Shown one piece after another: positions 31,713 to 41,036 of a stretch of DNA of 64,000 bases. The notes beneath the pieces were generated by a model. The model saw only the letters and a list, made by a program, of their open reading frames with translations, searched no databases and was not told where the DNA came from. Position 1 is the first letter of the stretch. Every line of letters starts with the position of its first letter. A program made the position numbers and the translations under genes. Source of the DNA: Eubacteriales bacterium (GTDB lineage: Bacteria > Bacillota > Clostridia > Oscillospirales > CAG-272); NCBI GenBank assembly GCA_045661325.1, contig JAZRFK010000093.1, forward strand, positions 3,585-67,584. The letters run 5' to 3'.

Positions 31713-31747
31713 AATGAGTGAAAAAATGAAATGAGGAGGTAAAGCCC

Positions 31748-31957
31748 ATGCGCCAAAAGAACGATAAGATTGAAAAAGCATGTATGTATTGTGAAAAAAG
31801 CGTCTCTACCGAGAAAGACGGAGAGTTATCCGTTCACTGTGACATAAAGGGCGAGGTTTCGCCGCTCGGCTGCTGCTTCCGCTTTCGGTATGACCCCTTA
31901 AAGCGCCGCGCGGAAAGAATGCCTGCCCCTCTTCCCTTTACAGAGGAGCCGGTATAA
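31748..31957 (+). CDS. Small Cys-rich protein, putative zinc-binding, function unknown
   Basis: 69-aa ORF with a strong SD (GAGGAGG 7 nt upstream). Cys/His pattern CxxC ... HC ... CC. Followed by a strong terminator. Confidence 0.6.
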   Translation: MRQKNDKIEKACMYCEKSVSTEKDGELSVHCDIKGEVSPLGCCFRFRYDPLKRRAERMPAPLPFTEEPV

Positions 31958-31990
31958 AGCATATAGCATCTTCTGCACTTTTATATGATG

Positions 31991-32033
31991 AAAAAAGAGA
32001 GCAAAACGGTTTATCCGTTTTGCTCTCTTTTAA
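31991..32033. terminator. Bidirectional intrinsic terminator
   Basis: AAAAAAGAGAGCAAAACGG-TTTAT-CCGTTTTGCTCTCTTTT lies between convergent genes. Confidence 0.85.
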
Positions 32034-32043
32034 TTGTACTTGT

Positions 32044-33720
32044 TTATTCGCCTTTTCTGTAATCAGACAAAGCCATATTGATGGAATCGTAGTAAATCAA
32101 ATCAACGTCCATCAGTCTTTCAAAAAGCAATGCGTTGGCCTTGATGGTTTCGTCAGCACTGTCGGTATCCATCATTTCCTCGCGAATGTCAGCGAGCTTC
32201 TCGCGGAATTCTGCGACGGAGGCGGAAGCCAAAAGCGTGTCTCTGTACTGACGGGAAAGCGCGTCAACCGCTGCCATAGCCTCAGCATCAATGAGCGCGT
32301 AATACTTGCTCCAGGTGGAGTCAAACAGCTCGGCTCTCAAAGCCTCGTTGTGTTTGCCCATCAGCTCGCCGTTATTGGCGGTCTGGCCGTAATCGGCGCA
32401 GGGGTTGGCAAAGAATTGCAGGTTACCAACCAAGTGATTCGGGTCAAGTCTGTAATCGCTGCTGACACGGAAGGAAACAACGCCATCAGCGTTCTTGGTG
32501 TAGTTGGTGTTGACACCGTAAAGCAGGATGTTGAGAAGCTCAGAGCTCGTCATAAGCTCCTGAATGATCTCAACAGAGCGGGCAACGTTCACCGTGTAAG
32601 AGGAAACGGCCAGCATTCCGTTAAAGATGTCATCAGGGTCAATACGGGGCAGATCCAAAATGCAGTAGTAGTAATCGTCATTCTTGGTGCTCAGTGCGAA
32701 GTCACCGTCAACAATACCGACGATAAATTCATCTGCATCGCCATTGCCGAAATAGTGATTGTTCTTGGCGTTTACTACCATTTCAAGATAACGGCAGTAA
32801 TCGTCCTCCATCAAAAGATTGGTGAAGTTCAAAGCGTTCTTACCGGCAGCCGTAGGCGAGAAGGTGGCGCCGAGGATGGAATAACCGTTATCCGCAGAAA
32901 TCGAAAGCGCGTTGGCATAGGAGAAGGTCTCCTCTGCGTTAAAAATGGGTGAGAAGGTTTCGTTACCCTCAGTCAACTCATTCTTCCAATCCTCCATCGT
33001 CTTATCGGAGTTTTGGATATTCAGGAAGATGCTGTACGCATCAGCCACGCTATCAATGTTCTTGTAATTGATATGAAGCTCGTCAACAACCTTCTTGTTC
33101 AGAGCAAGATAGGTATAATCACCAACCGTGCTATGAGCGGGAATACCGTAAATCTTACCGTCAACGGTGATTTGGTTGAGCACGCTACTCAAAATGGTGG
33201 GCATAATGCGCTGGTACACGTTTTCGAGCTGCGTATTGAGCGACTGAATCCACTCATTCTCTATGTAACGGTGATACATATCCTCGTCGCAAATCAAAAC
33301 GAGGTCAAACTGCGTGGACTTCACGGAAGGATACTTGGGAACGGTCATTCCGTATTCATCCTTCTCTACCGTTTCCGTATTCGTTTGAGAGTTGGATGCG
33401 TTGCCAGAGCCAGAGCTAACACCTGCTCTTTCGTCCTCGATGCGTGCCATTTCCGCATCCATCATAGCCTCATATTCTTCTGCGGTGCAGTAAAAGAACT
33501 CAATTGCGGTAGAATATTTTTGCTTGCAAACCTCGTTAAACGCAGTCTGCATCGCCTTCAAACCGTCAGCAGTCGTGATATCATCAACGATAATAGCACA
33601 CTTCAAAGTCAACAGTACTCTTTCAGTGGCATCGGTATTCGTCTTGCCATTTCCGCCGCAGGACGTAAAGCAAAGAAGAAGCATAACGAGCACCAAAAGC
33701 AAGGATAAGACCTTTTTCAT
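32044..33720 (-). CDS. Extracellular solute-binding-like lipoprotein
   Basis: ATG at 33720 follows GAGGAGG. Lipoprotein signal MKKVLSLLLVLVMLLLCFTSC. A large secreted domain resembles ABC-type sugar-binding lipoproteins. No adjacent permease genes. Confidence 0.65.
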   Translation of the reverse strand: MKKVLSLLLVLVMLLLCFTSCGGNGKTNTDATERVLLTLKCAIIVDDITTADGLKAMQTAFNEVCKQKYSTAIEFFYCTAEEYEAMMDAEMARIEDERAGVSSGSGNASNSQTNTETVEKDEYGMTVPKYPSVKSTQFDLVLICDEDMYHRYIENEWIQSLNTQLENVYQRIMPTILSSVLNQITVDGKIYGIPAHSTVGDYTYLALNKKVVDELHINYKNIDSVADAYSIFLNIQNSDKTMEDWKNELTEGNETFSPIFNAEETFSYANALSISADNGYSILGATFSPTAAGKNALNFTNLLMEDDYCRYLEMVVNAKNNHYFGNGDADEFIVGIVDGDFALSTKNDDYYYCILDLPRIDPDDIFNGMLAVSSYTVNVARSVEIIQELMTSSELLNILLYGVNTNYTKNADGVVSFRVSSDYRLDPNHLVGNLQFFANPCADYGQTANNGELMGKHNEALRAELFDSTWSKYYALIDAEAMAAVDALSRQYRDTLLASASVAEFREKLADIREEMMDTDSADETIKANALLFERLMDVDLIYYDSINMALSDYRKGE

Positions 33721-33846
33721 GAAAACCTCCTCATTATTGCGCCGAAGCTTGCGCATACATCTTAATTATTATAACCGATGACGAGAGAAAAGTCAAGTCA
33801 TAATTTCCATAAAAGCGACATCTTTTGCCACGTTTTGAAAAATTCA

Positions 33847-34884
33847 TCAACTGTTCAAATAATCTCTCAAAAGCTTGCTTCTTCCGGGATGACGAAGCTT
33901 ACGCAGGGCCTTTGCCTCAATCTGACGAATACGCTCACGGGTAATCTTAAAGCATTCGCCAACCTCCTCCAAGGTATGCGGATGACCGTCCGAGAGGCCG
34001 AAGCGCAGACGGATGACCTCCTCCTCACGAGGCGTCAGGGTGTGCAAAACGTTGGCAAGCTGCTCTTGCAGCATCGTGCGAGACGCATTTTCCGCAGGCG
34101 TGGGGGTTTCGGTGTCCTCCACAAAGTCGCCAAGGTGAGAATCCTCCTCCTCGCCGACAGGGGTTCCCAAGGAAACGGGATCCTGCGCTATCTTCATAAT
34201 CTCGCGCACTCTTTCCGGGGGCATACCCAGACGCTCTGCAATCTCCTCCGTGGTAGGCTCTCTTCCAAACTCCTGCAAGAGCTGCTTGGAGGTTCTGGAC
34301 ACCTTATGAATGGTTTCTACCATATGCACGGGAATACGAATGGTGCGCGCCTGATCGGCAATGGCTCTCGTAATAGACTGGCGAATCCACCAGGTTGCAT
34401 AGGTGGAAAATTTATAGCCCTTGCGATAATCGAACTTCTCCACAGCCTTCATCAAGCCAAGGTTGCCCTCCTGAATCAAATCAAGGAAGTGCATACCCTT
34501 GTCCACATGGCGCTTAGCGATAGAAACAACCAAGCGAAGATTGGCCTCTACCAGCTCGTCCTTGGCCGCCTGATTGCCAAGAGAAATCTGCTCGGCAAGA
34601 TATCTTTCTCTTTCGGTTGACAAAAGCGGAATTTTTCCGATTTCCTTCAAGTACATACGGACGGGGTCGTCCATCGAAAGCCCCTCTTGATTTAAAATCT
34701 CGTCAACGCTTTCCAAGACCTCCGTCTCGCTGCCGTCAAGCCCATCGGGTGCATCGCCCTGCTCCAAGGCCTCCCCGTCTTTTTCCATCTGCTCGAAATC
34801 AATGTCGATATCGGCCAGAACATTCATCATTCCGCTTCCGTTGCTCTGTTCAAGCAATTCGTTTAAATCCTTGGGTTCTCTCAT
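33847..34884 (-). CDS. rpoD: RNA polymerase primary sigma factor (SigA/RpoD)
   Basis: 345 aa. Region 2 [14 protein letters not shown] and region 4.2 [19 protein letters not shown]. Canonical dnaG-rpoD order. Confidence 0.96.
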   Translation of the reverse strand: MREPKDLNELLEQSNGSGMMNVLADIDIDFEQMEKDGEALEQGDAPDGLDGSETEVLESVDEILNQEGLSMDDPVRMYLKEIGKIPLLSTERERYLAEQISLGNQAAKDELVEANLRLVVSIAKRHVDKGMHFLDLIQEGNLGLMKAVEKFDYRKGYKFSTYATWWIRQSITRAIADQARTIRIPVHMVETIHKVSRTSKQLLQEFGREPTTEEIAERLGMPPERVREIMKIAQDPVSLGTPVGEEEDSHLGDFVEDTETPTPAENASRTMLQEQLANVLHTLTPREEEVIRLRFGLSDGHPHTLEEVGECFKITRERIRQIEAKALRKLRHPGRSKLLRDYLNS

Positions 34885-34951
34885 TTTAGAATTCCTTTCT
34901 TTCTGCTGTCAAGAATAGAATAACTGTTTCTTAAAGCTCGTATTCGAAAAA

Positions 34952-36715
34952 TTATTGCTCTTCGCGCTTTTTTTCCAAAAAGCCGAGAAAATCGCTGACA
35001 GTTCCGCCACTTCCCTTGCCGCGCTCCTCTGCAACGGCGGCTTTGAGGCTATCGACGCAATCCGTAAAAACAGCCTCGTCATTTAAGGAGAGCTGCATAC
35101 GGGCAACGCGCATTTTGGTGATTCTGCCAACCTCATCTGCCGTAAAGGACTCGTCAAGCCTGTCTGCCGTAAAGCCGCCCTCTGCTTCCGCCGTAACGAT
35201 AAAGCGAAAGACTCTTTTACCAAGGTCGGTGAAAAAATCCTCTTCGGTCAGAATGGGCTTTTCGCCCAAAAGCCTTGCACGATAGGCGGGATATAGCTGC
35301 AAAAGACCCAGAACGGCCTCCTCCGCCTTTGCGGCACGAGGCGCTTTACTGTAATCGGGGTTCACCCTGTCCAAAACGCCCGAAAGCGTTTGACGGGCCT
35401 CGGTTTTGGTTTGCTGTCGCGCTTCTCTGCGAAGGCGCGCAAGCCTTTGCTTTACCTCCCCTTCGACGCCGCCGTAGGCCACGTCTAATCTCTTTGCGGC
35501 CTCCTTTATGTAAATCTCCCGCTCCACCGATGAGGGAACGGTCGCAATAAAGGCACAAAGCTCATGTAAGGCCTCAATCTTCTGCTGGGAAATGGAAAGC
35601 TCATATTTAGCCGTTATTTTATCGTAGTAAAAATCGAATTTGGTTTTGCTTTGGTCAAGCACGCTCTTGAAGCGCTCAACCCCGTATTTACGGATATACT
35701 CGTCAGGGTCCTTGGCATCGGGAATTTTTAAGACCGTTGCCGTCAAGCCGACCGCTTCCAAAAGGCGCAAGGCCTTATCCGCCGCCTTTTGACCTGCCTC
35801 GTCGCTATCATAGGAAATAACGACGCGCTTGGTATACCGCGCCATCAAGCGCGCCTGCTCGGAGGTAATGGCAGTACCAAGTGTGGCCACGGCATAGGGA
35901 AAGCCCGCCGCGTGCAAGGCGATAACATCCATATACCCCTCGCAGAGAATCAAGCGCTCTGCCGAGCTTTTTCGGGAGAAATTCAAAGCAAAAAGGTTTC
36001 TGCTCTTCTTGAAAACGGGGGTATCGGAGGAGTTTTTATACTTGGGCTTACTATCGTCCATCACGCGACCGCCAAAGGCGATAACGTTTTCCTGCACGTC
36101 AATAATGGGAAACATGACCCTGTTACGAAAGGCAGGATAGAGATTTCCCTTCTCGTTTTTGTGACACAAATAGCCTGTTACCAGCTCTTCATCGGTAAAC
36201 CCGGCCTTTTTCATATAATTAACGAAGGAAAAATCGTTCGGCGCATACCCAAGTCCGAAGTGCTTGATGGTTGCCGAGGAAAGCCTACGCTCCTCGGTAA
36301 AATAGGCAAGCGCCGCCTTGGCATCGGGATGCTCCGCATAAAGCGCGTTATGAAAGAAGCGCGCCGCGATTTTATTCATTTGGAGATAACGGTTTCTGTC
36401 CACACGGGGCTGCGCGTCTTCCTTTTCCTCCCGAATCGTGATGCCTGCGCGATTGGCCAAAAAGGTCACCGCGTCCGAAAAATCAAGATTTTCGATTTTA
36501 CGGACAAAGGTAATGGCATTTCCGCCAACACCGCAGCCAAAGCAATAGAAGGAATTATCGGCAGGAAAAACCGTAAAGGAGGGAGAACGCTCGCTATGAA
36601 AGGGGCAAAGCCCCGACATATTACTGCCCGCGCGCTTCAAGGAAACGTAAGAGGAAACCAAGCTTACCATATCGGTTCTGGCAAGAATTTCATCTATCGT
36701 TTGGCGTTCAATCAT
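34952..36715 (-). CDS. dnaG: DNA primase DnaG
   Basis: 587 aa. Zinc finger CPFHSERSPSFTV...CFGCG and Toprim EGYMDV ... DSDEAGQKA. Confidence 0.96.
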   Translation of the reverse strand: MIERQTIDEILARTDMVSLVSSYVSLKRAGSNMSGLCPFHSERSPSFTVFPADNSFYCFGCGVGGNAITFVRKIENLDFSDAVTFLANRAGITIREEKEDAQPRVDRNRYLQMNKIAARFFHNALYAEHPDAKAALAYFTEERRLSSATIKHFGLGYAPNDFSFVNYMKKAGFTDEELVTGYLCHKNEKGNLYPAFRNRVMFPIIDVQENVIAFGGRVMDDSKPKYKNSSDTPVFKKSRNLFALNFSRKSSAERLILCEGYMDVIALHAAGFPYAVATLGTAITSEQARLMARYTKRVVISYDSDEAGQKAADKALRLLEAVGLTATVLKIPDAKDPDEYIRKYGVERFKSVLDQSKTKFDFYYDKITAKYELSISQQKIEALHELCAFIATVPSSVEREIYIKEAAKRLDVAYGGVEGEVKQRLARLRREARQQTKTEARQTLSGVLDRVNPDYSKAPRAAKAEEAVLGLLQLYPAYRARLLGEKPILTEEDFFTDLGKRVFRFIVTAEAEGGFTADRLDESFTADEVGRITKMRVARMQLSLNDEAVFTDCVDSLKAAVAEERGKGSGGTVSDFLGFLEKKREEQ

Positions 36716-37721
36716 GTACCTTTCCTTTCCAGACCTGTGGGATATAAAGACGGCGGTATGTATCGATGGCGTATCTGTCTGTCATTCCTGCGATATAGTC
36801 GCAAACCATTCTCTTGACGCCCTCCTTCTCACATTGCTCGTGATAGAAGCGCGGCATTTCGTAGGGATGCTTTTCGAAATACTCAAAAAGGCGGCAAAGA
36901 AGCTCGTGCGCCTTTTTTTCCTCCGTCTTGGCGGGAGAATTATGATAAACGTGATCCATCAGGAATTGGCGCATTTCCATCATCGCATCGCCAACCTCTG
37001 CCGTCATACCGATGGAATTCTTTTCCATACTCGCCTCAATAACGGCGCCAACCATAGCGTCAACCCTGTCGCTATACGACTGGCCGAACACATCCAAAAG
37101 CGGCTTGGGCAAATCATTTTTGGAAAGAATGCCTGCAAAAAAGGCATCGTCAAGATCGTGATTGATGTAGGCGATACGGTCGGCGTATTTTACGACGACA
37201 CCCTCCAGGGTGCAAGCCATATTCTTACCTGTATGGTTGAGAATACCGTCACGCACCTCGTAGGTCAGGTTGAGCCCCTCCCCATCGTGCTCCAAAAAAT
37301 CCACCACACGCAAGGATTGCTTATAGTGCGCGAAATCGGGGGAAAAGCACTCACGCATAGCCTCTTCGCCCTGATGGCCGAAGGGGGTATGCCCCAAATC
37401 GTGCCCCATTGCGATGGCCTCCGTCAAGTCCTCGTTCAGCCGCAGAGCCCTTGCGATGCTGCGCGCAATCTGCGTTACCTCCAAGGTATGCGTCATACGT
37501 GTTCTGAACTGCTCGTCCTCAGGTGCAAAAAACACCTGCGTTTTGTGCATCAATCTGCGAAAGGATTTGCAATGAATGATACGGTCCCTGTCTCGCTGAA
37601 AGTCCGTGCGATAGGGACAAGAGTCACTCATTTTCAAGCGACCTCTGGTTTTAGAGCTTGGAAAAGCGTAGACAGAAAGCATTTCCTCTTCCCGTTTTTG
37701 AAACAATTCCGCTGTTTTCAT
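36708..37721 (-). CDS. dGTPase-like HD-domain phosphohydrolase
   Basis: 337 aa. HD motif region RMTHTLEV ... GHDLGHTPFGH. Overlaps the dnaG start by 8 bp. Confidence 0.88.
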   Translation of the reverse strand: MKTAELFQKREEEMLSVYAFPSSKTRGRLKMSDSCPYRTDFQRDRDRIIHCKSFRRLMHKTQVFFAPEDEQFRTRMTHTLEVTQIARSIARALRLNEDLTEAIAMGHDLGHTPFGHQGEEAMRECFSPDFAHYKQSLRVVDFLEHDGEGLNLTYEVRDGILNHTGKNMACTLEGVVVKYADRIAYINHDLDDAFFAGILSKNDLPKPLLDVFGQSYSDRVDAMVGAVIEASMEKNSIGMTAEVGDAMMEMRQFLMDHVYHNSPAKTEEKKAHELLCRLFEYFEKHPYEMPRFYHEQCEKEGVKRMVCDYIAGMTDRYAIDTYRRLYIPQVWKGKVHD

Positions 37722-37807
37722 CCTGCACCTCCTTTTTTGCTTTCAATAAATAAATACGAAAAAATTTTCGAAATTACTTTTTTTATCAAAAAATATTCTT
37801 TTTTTCT

Positions 37808-38428
37808 TTATTCCGCGGAAAAAACGCTCTTTCCCTCGCGAATATCCGCCCTTCCCGCCGTTTTATCGCGCAAAAATACGATAGCGGCATCATAGAGGGC
37901 AACAGGTACGGCAAGGGTAAGCAGAACATCCTCTGAAAAGGCGATGTTCTTGACCTTGATTTCCATTTTTTCAAGCTCGGTGCAGACACGCTGATAGTCG
38001 GGATAACGCAAGGAAACGTCAAAGACCATCTGCTCACGGTAAACGGCAACGCCTGCCTCCTTAATGGCACCGACAGCCGCCGCGGTATAGGCACGAACGA
38101 GCCCACCTGCGCCCAAAAGCACACCGCCGAAATAGCGCGTTACCACCAAAACGGTATCCGTCAAGTCGCTTTTCCGAATGGCATCTAACACAGGAAGGCC
38201 TGCGCTTCCCTGCGGCTCTCGGTCATCGCTATAACGGTTTTTAGCGTTTTCGCGCAGCAAATACGCGTACACGTTATGTCTGGCATCCGCGTACTGCTTA
38301 CGCATAGACTCCACGAAGGCCCAAGCCTCCTCCTCGGTAGAAGCAGGTGCCACATGGCCGATGAAAACGGATTTCTTTTCCTCATAGATAAACTCGGCGG
38401 CCCGCGCCACCGTTTTGTATTCCTTCAT
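37808..38428 (-). CDS. YigZ/IMPACT-family protein (UPF0029)
   Basis: 206 aa. KKSVFIGHV ... ARHNVYAY ... DDREPQGSAG ... VVVTRYFGGVLLG is characteristic of the family. Confidence 0.85.
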   Translation of the reverse strand: MKEYKTVARAAEFIYEEKKSVFIGHVAPASTEEEAWAFVESMRKQYADARHNVYAYLLRENAKNRYSDDREPQGSAGLPVLDAIRKSDLTDTVLVVTRYFGGVLLGAGGLVRAYTAAAVGAIKEAGVAVYREQMVFDVSLRYPDYQRVCTELEKMEIKVKNIAFSEDVLLTLAVPVALYDAAIVFLRDKTAGRADIREGKSVFSAE

Positions 38429-38449
38429 ACCTGCTCCCTTCTGCTAAAT

Positions 38450-39742
38450 TTATTGCGCCCCGTCTGCTTCAAGATACGCGCGGTACATACCGAGCGCCTT
38501 GGCATCCACCGTGGCCAAAACACGTATATGGGTTTCCTCATAGGAAACCTCCTTGACGGTGGCGTGACGGTAAACGCCGTCAAGCTCCTTTGCCTTGTCA
38601 TAGGGTATCAAAAGCGTTACGTCTCGCTTACCCTCCTTCAAAAGCGCCGCCAGTCTTTCTAAAAAATCGTCAACGCCTTTTCCTGTTTTCGCAGAGATAT
38701 ATACGGCGTCTTTGTCGAAGGTAAGAAAGGTTGCATCGGCTACCGCGTCACATTTATTATACACAACGAGGGTTGGCTTTCCCTCAACCCCAAGCCCCTT
38801 TAACGTATCAAAGGTAACGTCAAGATGCTCGGTACACTCCTCGTCCGACATATCGGCAACGATAACCAAGGCATCGGCATAGCGCGCCTCGTCAAGCGTT
38901 GAACGGAAGGCCTCCACCAAGTGATGCGGCAGCTTGCGAATAAGGCCAACGGTATCGGTTAAAAGAATATCCTCACCGGACGGAAGGGTTAGCTTTCTCG
39001 TGGTAGGATCAAGGGTTGCAAAAAGCTTGTCCTCCGACAAAACGCCAGCGTCCGTCAAAAGATTCAAAAGCGTTGATTTTCCCGCATTCGTATAGCCAAC
39101 AATGGCAACCTTCGCCATTCCCGTTTTATCGCGCGCCGCCCTAAGCGTCGCTCTGTTTTTCTCCATTTCGGCAAGGGAGCGTTCAAGCGCCGTTATTCTG
39201 CGATGAATGTGCCGCCTGTCCTCCTCAAGCTTGGATTCACCCGGGCCTCTGGTGCCAACCGTACCGCCTTGACGGGATAGCTCCTTACCGTGTCCTGTCA
39301 AGCGAGGCGCCGTGTATTTCAGCTGGGCAAGCTCAACTTGAAGCTTTCCTTCGCCCGTTTTGGCATGCAGAGCAAAAATATCGAGTATCAGCATACTGCG
39401 GTCAATCACAAGGACGTCCTTCATGCCATCCTCTAAATTGCGTATCTGCGAGGGAGAAAGCTCGGTGTCAAAAACAACCAAGGAAATATCGTTTCCTTGG
39501 CAAAAATCCGCGATTTCCGCAAGCTTGCCGCTGCCTATCAGCGTGGCAGGATCAAAGGTGCTTTTAACCTGCAAAACACGGGAAACGGCAGTTGCCCCCG
39601 CAGTTTCCACGAGGCGCTCAAGCTCGTCAAGGCTCTTTTCACAGGCAGGTACCTCAGCGGATTTGCGCGCAAGGGAAACCAAGAGCGCCCGAGGAGGCAT
39701 ATTTCCTTCCATGGTCTTTCTCCTTTCATTCGTTCTGTCCAA
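38450..39742 (-). CDS. hflX: GTPase HflX
   Basis: 430 aa. HflX N-domain, G1 GYTNAGKSTLLN, DTVG and NKCD motifs. Confidence 0.94.
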   Translation of the reverse strand: MDRTNERRKTMEGNMPPRALLVSLARKSAEVPACEKSLDELERLVETAGATAVSRVLQVKSTFDPATLIGSGKLAEIADFCQGNDISLVVFDTELSPSQIRNLEDGMKDVLVIDRSMLILDIFALHAKTGEGKLQVELAQLKYTAPRLTGHGKELSRQGGTVGTRGPGESKLEEDRRHIHRRITALERSLAEMEKNRATLRAARDKTGMAKVAIVGYTNAGKSTLLNLLTDAGVLSEDKLFATLDPTTRKLTLPSGEDILLTDTVGLIRKLPHHLVEAFRSTLDEARYADALVIVADMSDEECTEHLDVTFDTLKGLGVEGKPTLVVYNKCDAVADATFLTFDKDAVYISAKTGKGVDDFLERLAALLKEGKRDVTLLIPYDKAKELDGVYRHATVKEVSYEETHIRVLATVDAKALGMYRAYLEADGAQ

Positions 39743-39743
39743 T

Positions 39744-39778
39744 TAAAACAAAATGGTGTGCGGATAACCGCACACCAT
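39744..39778 (-). terminator. Intrinsic terminator after rpmE
   Basis: The minus strand reads ATGGTGTGCGG-TTAT-CCGCACACCAT followed by TTTGTTTT. Confidence 0.8.
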
Positions 39779-39791
39779 CAATCTCCGAAAA

Positions 39792-40004
39792 TTACTTTCC
39801 GGCAGCAAGACGCTTCTTGAACTTATCAACGCGTCCACCGGCATCAACAAACTTCTGCTTTCCAGTGTAAAAAGGATGGCACTTAGAGCAAATTTCAACG
39901 TTCAAATCGCCAACAACAGAGTGAGTTTCAACCGTTGCACCGCAAGCACAACGAATGACTGCGGCCTTGTATTCGGGATGAATTCCTTGTTTCATAATTT
40001 TCAC
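39792..40004 (-). CDS. rpmE: 50S ribosomal protein L31
   Basis: 70 aa starting [10 protein letters not shown], with CxxC ... CxxxH Zn-type motifs. Confidence 0.96.
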   Translation of the reverse strand: MKIMKQGIHPEYKAAVIRCACGATVETHSVVGDLNVEICSKCHPFYTGKQKFVDAGGRVDKFKKRLAAGK

Positions 40005-40104
40005 CTCTTCCTAAATCAATACAATTCAACTTATTATAACATAAAATTTTGTTTTTGCAATAGTTTTTTGAAAAAAATTTGAATTTTATTAAATTTTTAT
40101 TTTT

Positions 40105-40686
40105 TTAACCCTTGAGCAGCTCTGCGGAAACGATTTGCTCGCGCTTAATTTCCCAAACCGTTGCCTGAATATAGCTTTTAGACACGGCAAGCGCCTTATC
40201 CGCATACGGCATAAACATCCGCTCCCAGCTTGCATCCTTTATAAGAGCCAATAGATGCTGTGCTTCCTTTTCGCTTCCCTTTTCCTGCTGCCAATTCAGA
40301 TATGCCTCTAACTCCGCATCGCGAAGCATTGGCAAGGAATGCAAGGCGTAAGCCTCATACAAATTAAAATCGGAAAGCAAAACCGATTTTCCGGGTACGC
40401 GGAAGGTAATGAGCATTTGCTCTCCATACTCCTCATACAGCCTTGGCTTCATCGGGGCGCGGCGATTGGCGTATTTGTACCAGGCCCAGATGGGATAAAC
40501 GCACCCCTTCGGCGCCTCTTTGATATAGCGGCGCATTCGCTCGGTTATATAAGCGTATGGCTCTTCAAAAATCTCCTTATAACGAGCGGCCATCGTATAA
40601 GAAGCCTCGTTCTCTCCTATACGCAGGACACCGTTTTTCATCATAGCCTCGTAGGCTTGCTTGGTTTGAACGGTAAAGAGCTGCAT
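40105..40686 (-). CDS. DUF3841-family protein
   Basis: About 193 aa. The pattern VYPIWAWYKY and overall sequence resemble DUF3841. Its ATG overlaps the upstream stop (TGATG). Confidence 0.6.
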   Translation of the reverse strand: MQLFTVQTKQAYEAMMKNGVLRIGENEASYTMAARYKEIFEEPYAYITERMRRYIKEAPKGCVYPIWAWYKYANRRAPMKPRLYEEYGEQMLITFRVPGKSVLLSDFNLYEAYALHSLPMLRDAELEAYLNWQQEKGSEKEAQHLLALIKDASWERMFMPYADKALAVSKSYIQATVWEIKREQIVSAELLKG

Positions 40687-41036
40687 CAAAGCATTCCTAC
40701 AATCGTTATATTTTTATTTTGCTTTCCCAAATCCTCGTCATTGGCTTCCTCGGGAAACTGATTGAGAAGATACTCGGTGATATTATCGCTTTCCTTGAAT
40801 TTTTCGCCCGCAATCAAGAAGTTTACCTTTCCTTCCCTTTTACGCTGACGGATAAGACGGCGCAAAAGAAGGCTGACGCGATCGCTATTATGTAAAAACT
40901 TTATCAGCTTTTCCCTCTTTACATAGGCGGTGGCAAGCGTGAAATCCGCTTCCAGCACCGCAGACTTGGGGGTTGGATAATCTCGCAAATCCTTGATATA
41001 CAAATGCAAGCCCTCCTTTTTATTGTTTTTTATCAA
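40686..41036 (-). CDS. Hypothetical protein (116 aa, TTG start overlapping upstream stop)
   Basis: The ORF fills the gap between the dehydrogenase and the DUF3841 gene exactly, with overlapping stop/start codons at both ends. No SD and no recognisable motif. Confidence 0.45.
   Translation of the reverse strand: MIKNNKKEGLHLYIKDLRDYPTPKSAVLEADFTLATAYVKREKLIKFLHNSDRVSLLLRRLIRQRKREGKVNFLIAGEKFKESDNITEYLLNQFPEEANDEDLGKQNKNITIVGML

Noticed and set aside
35789-37895. Two long + strand ORFs (342 aa and 393 aa)
   Set aside because: Antisense to dnaG and the dGTPase-like gene, both of which carry clear catalytic motifs.
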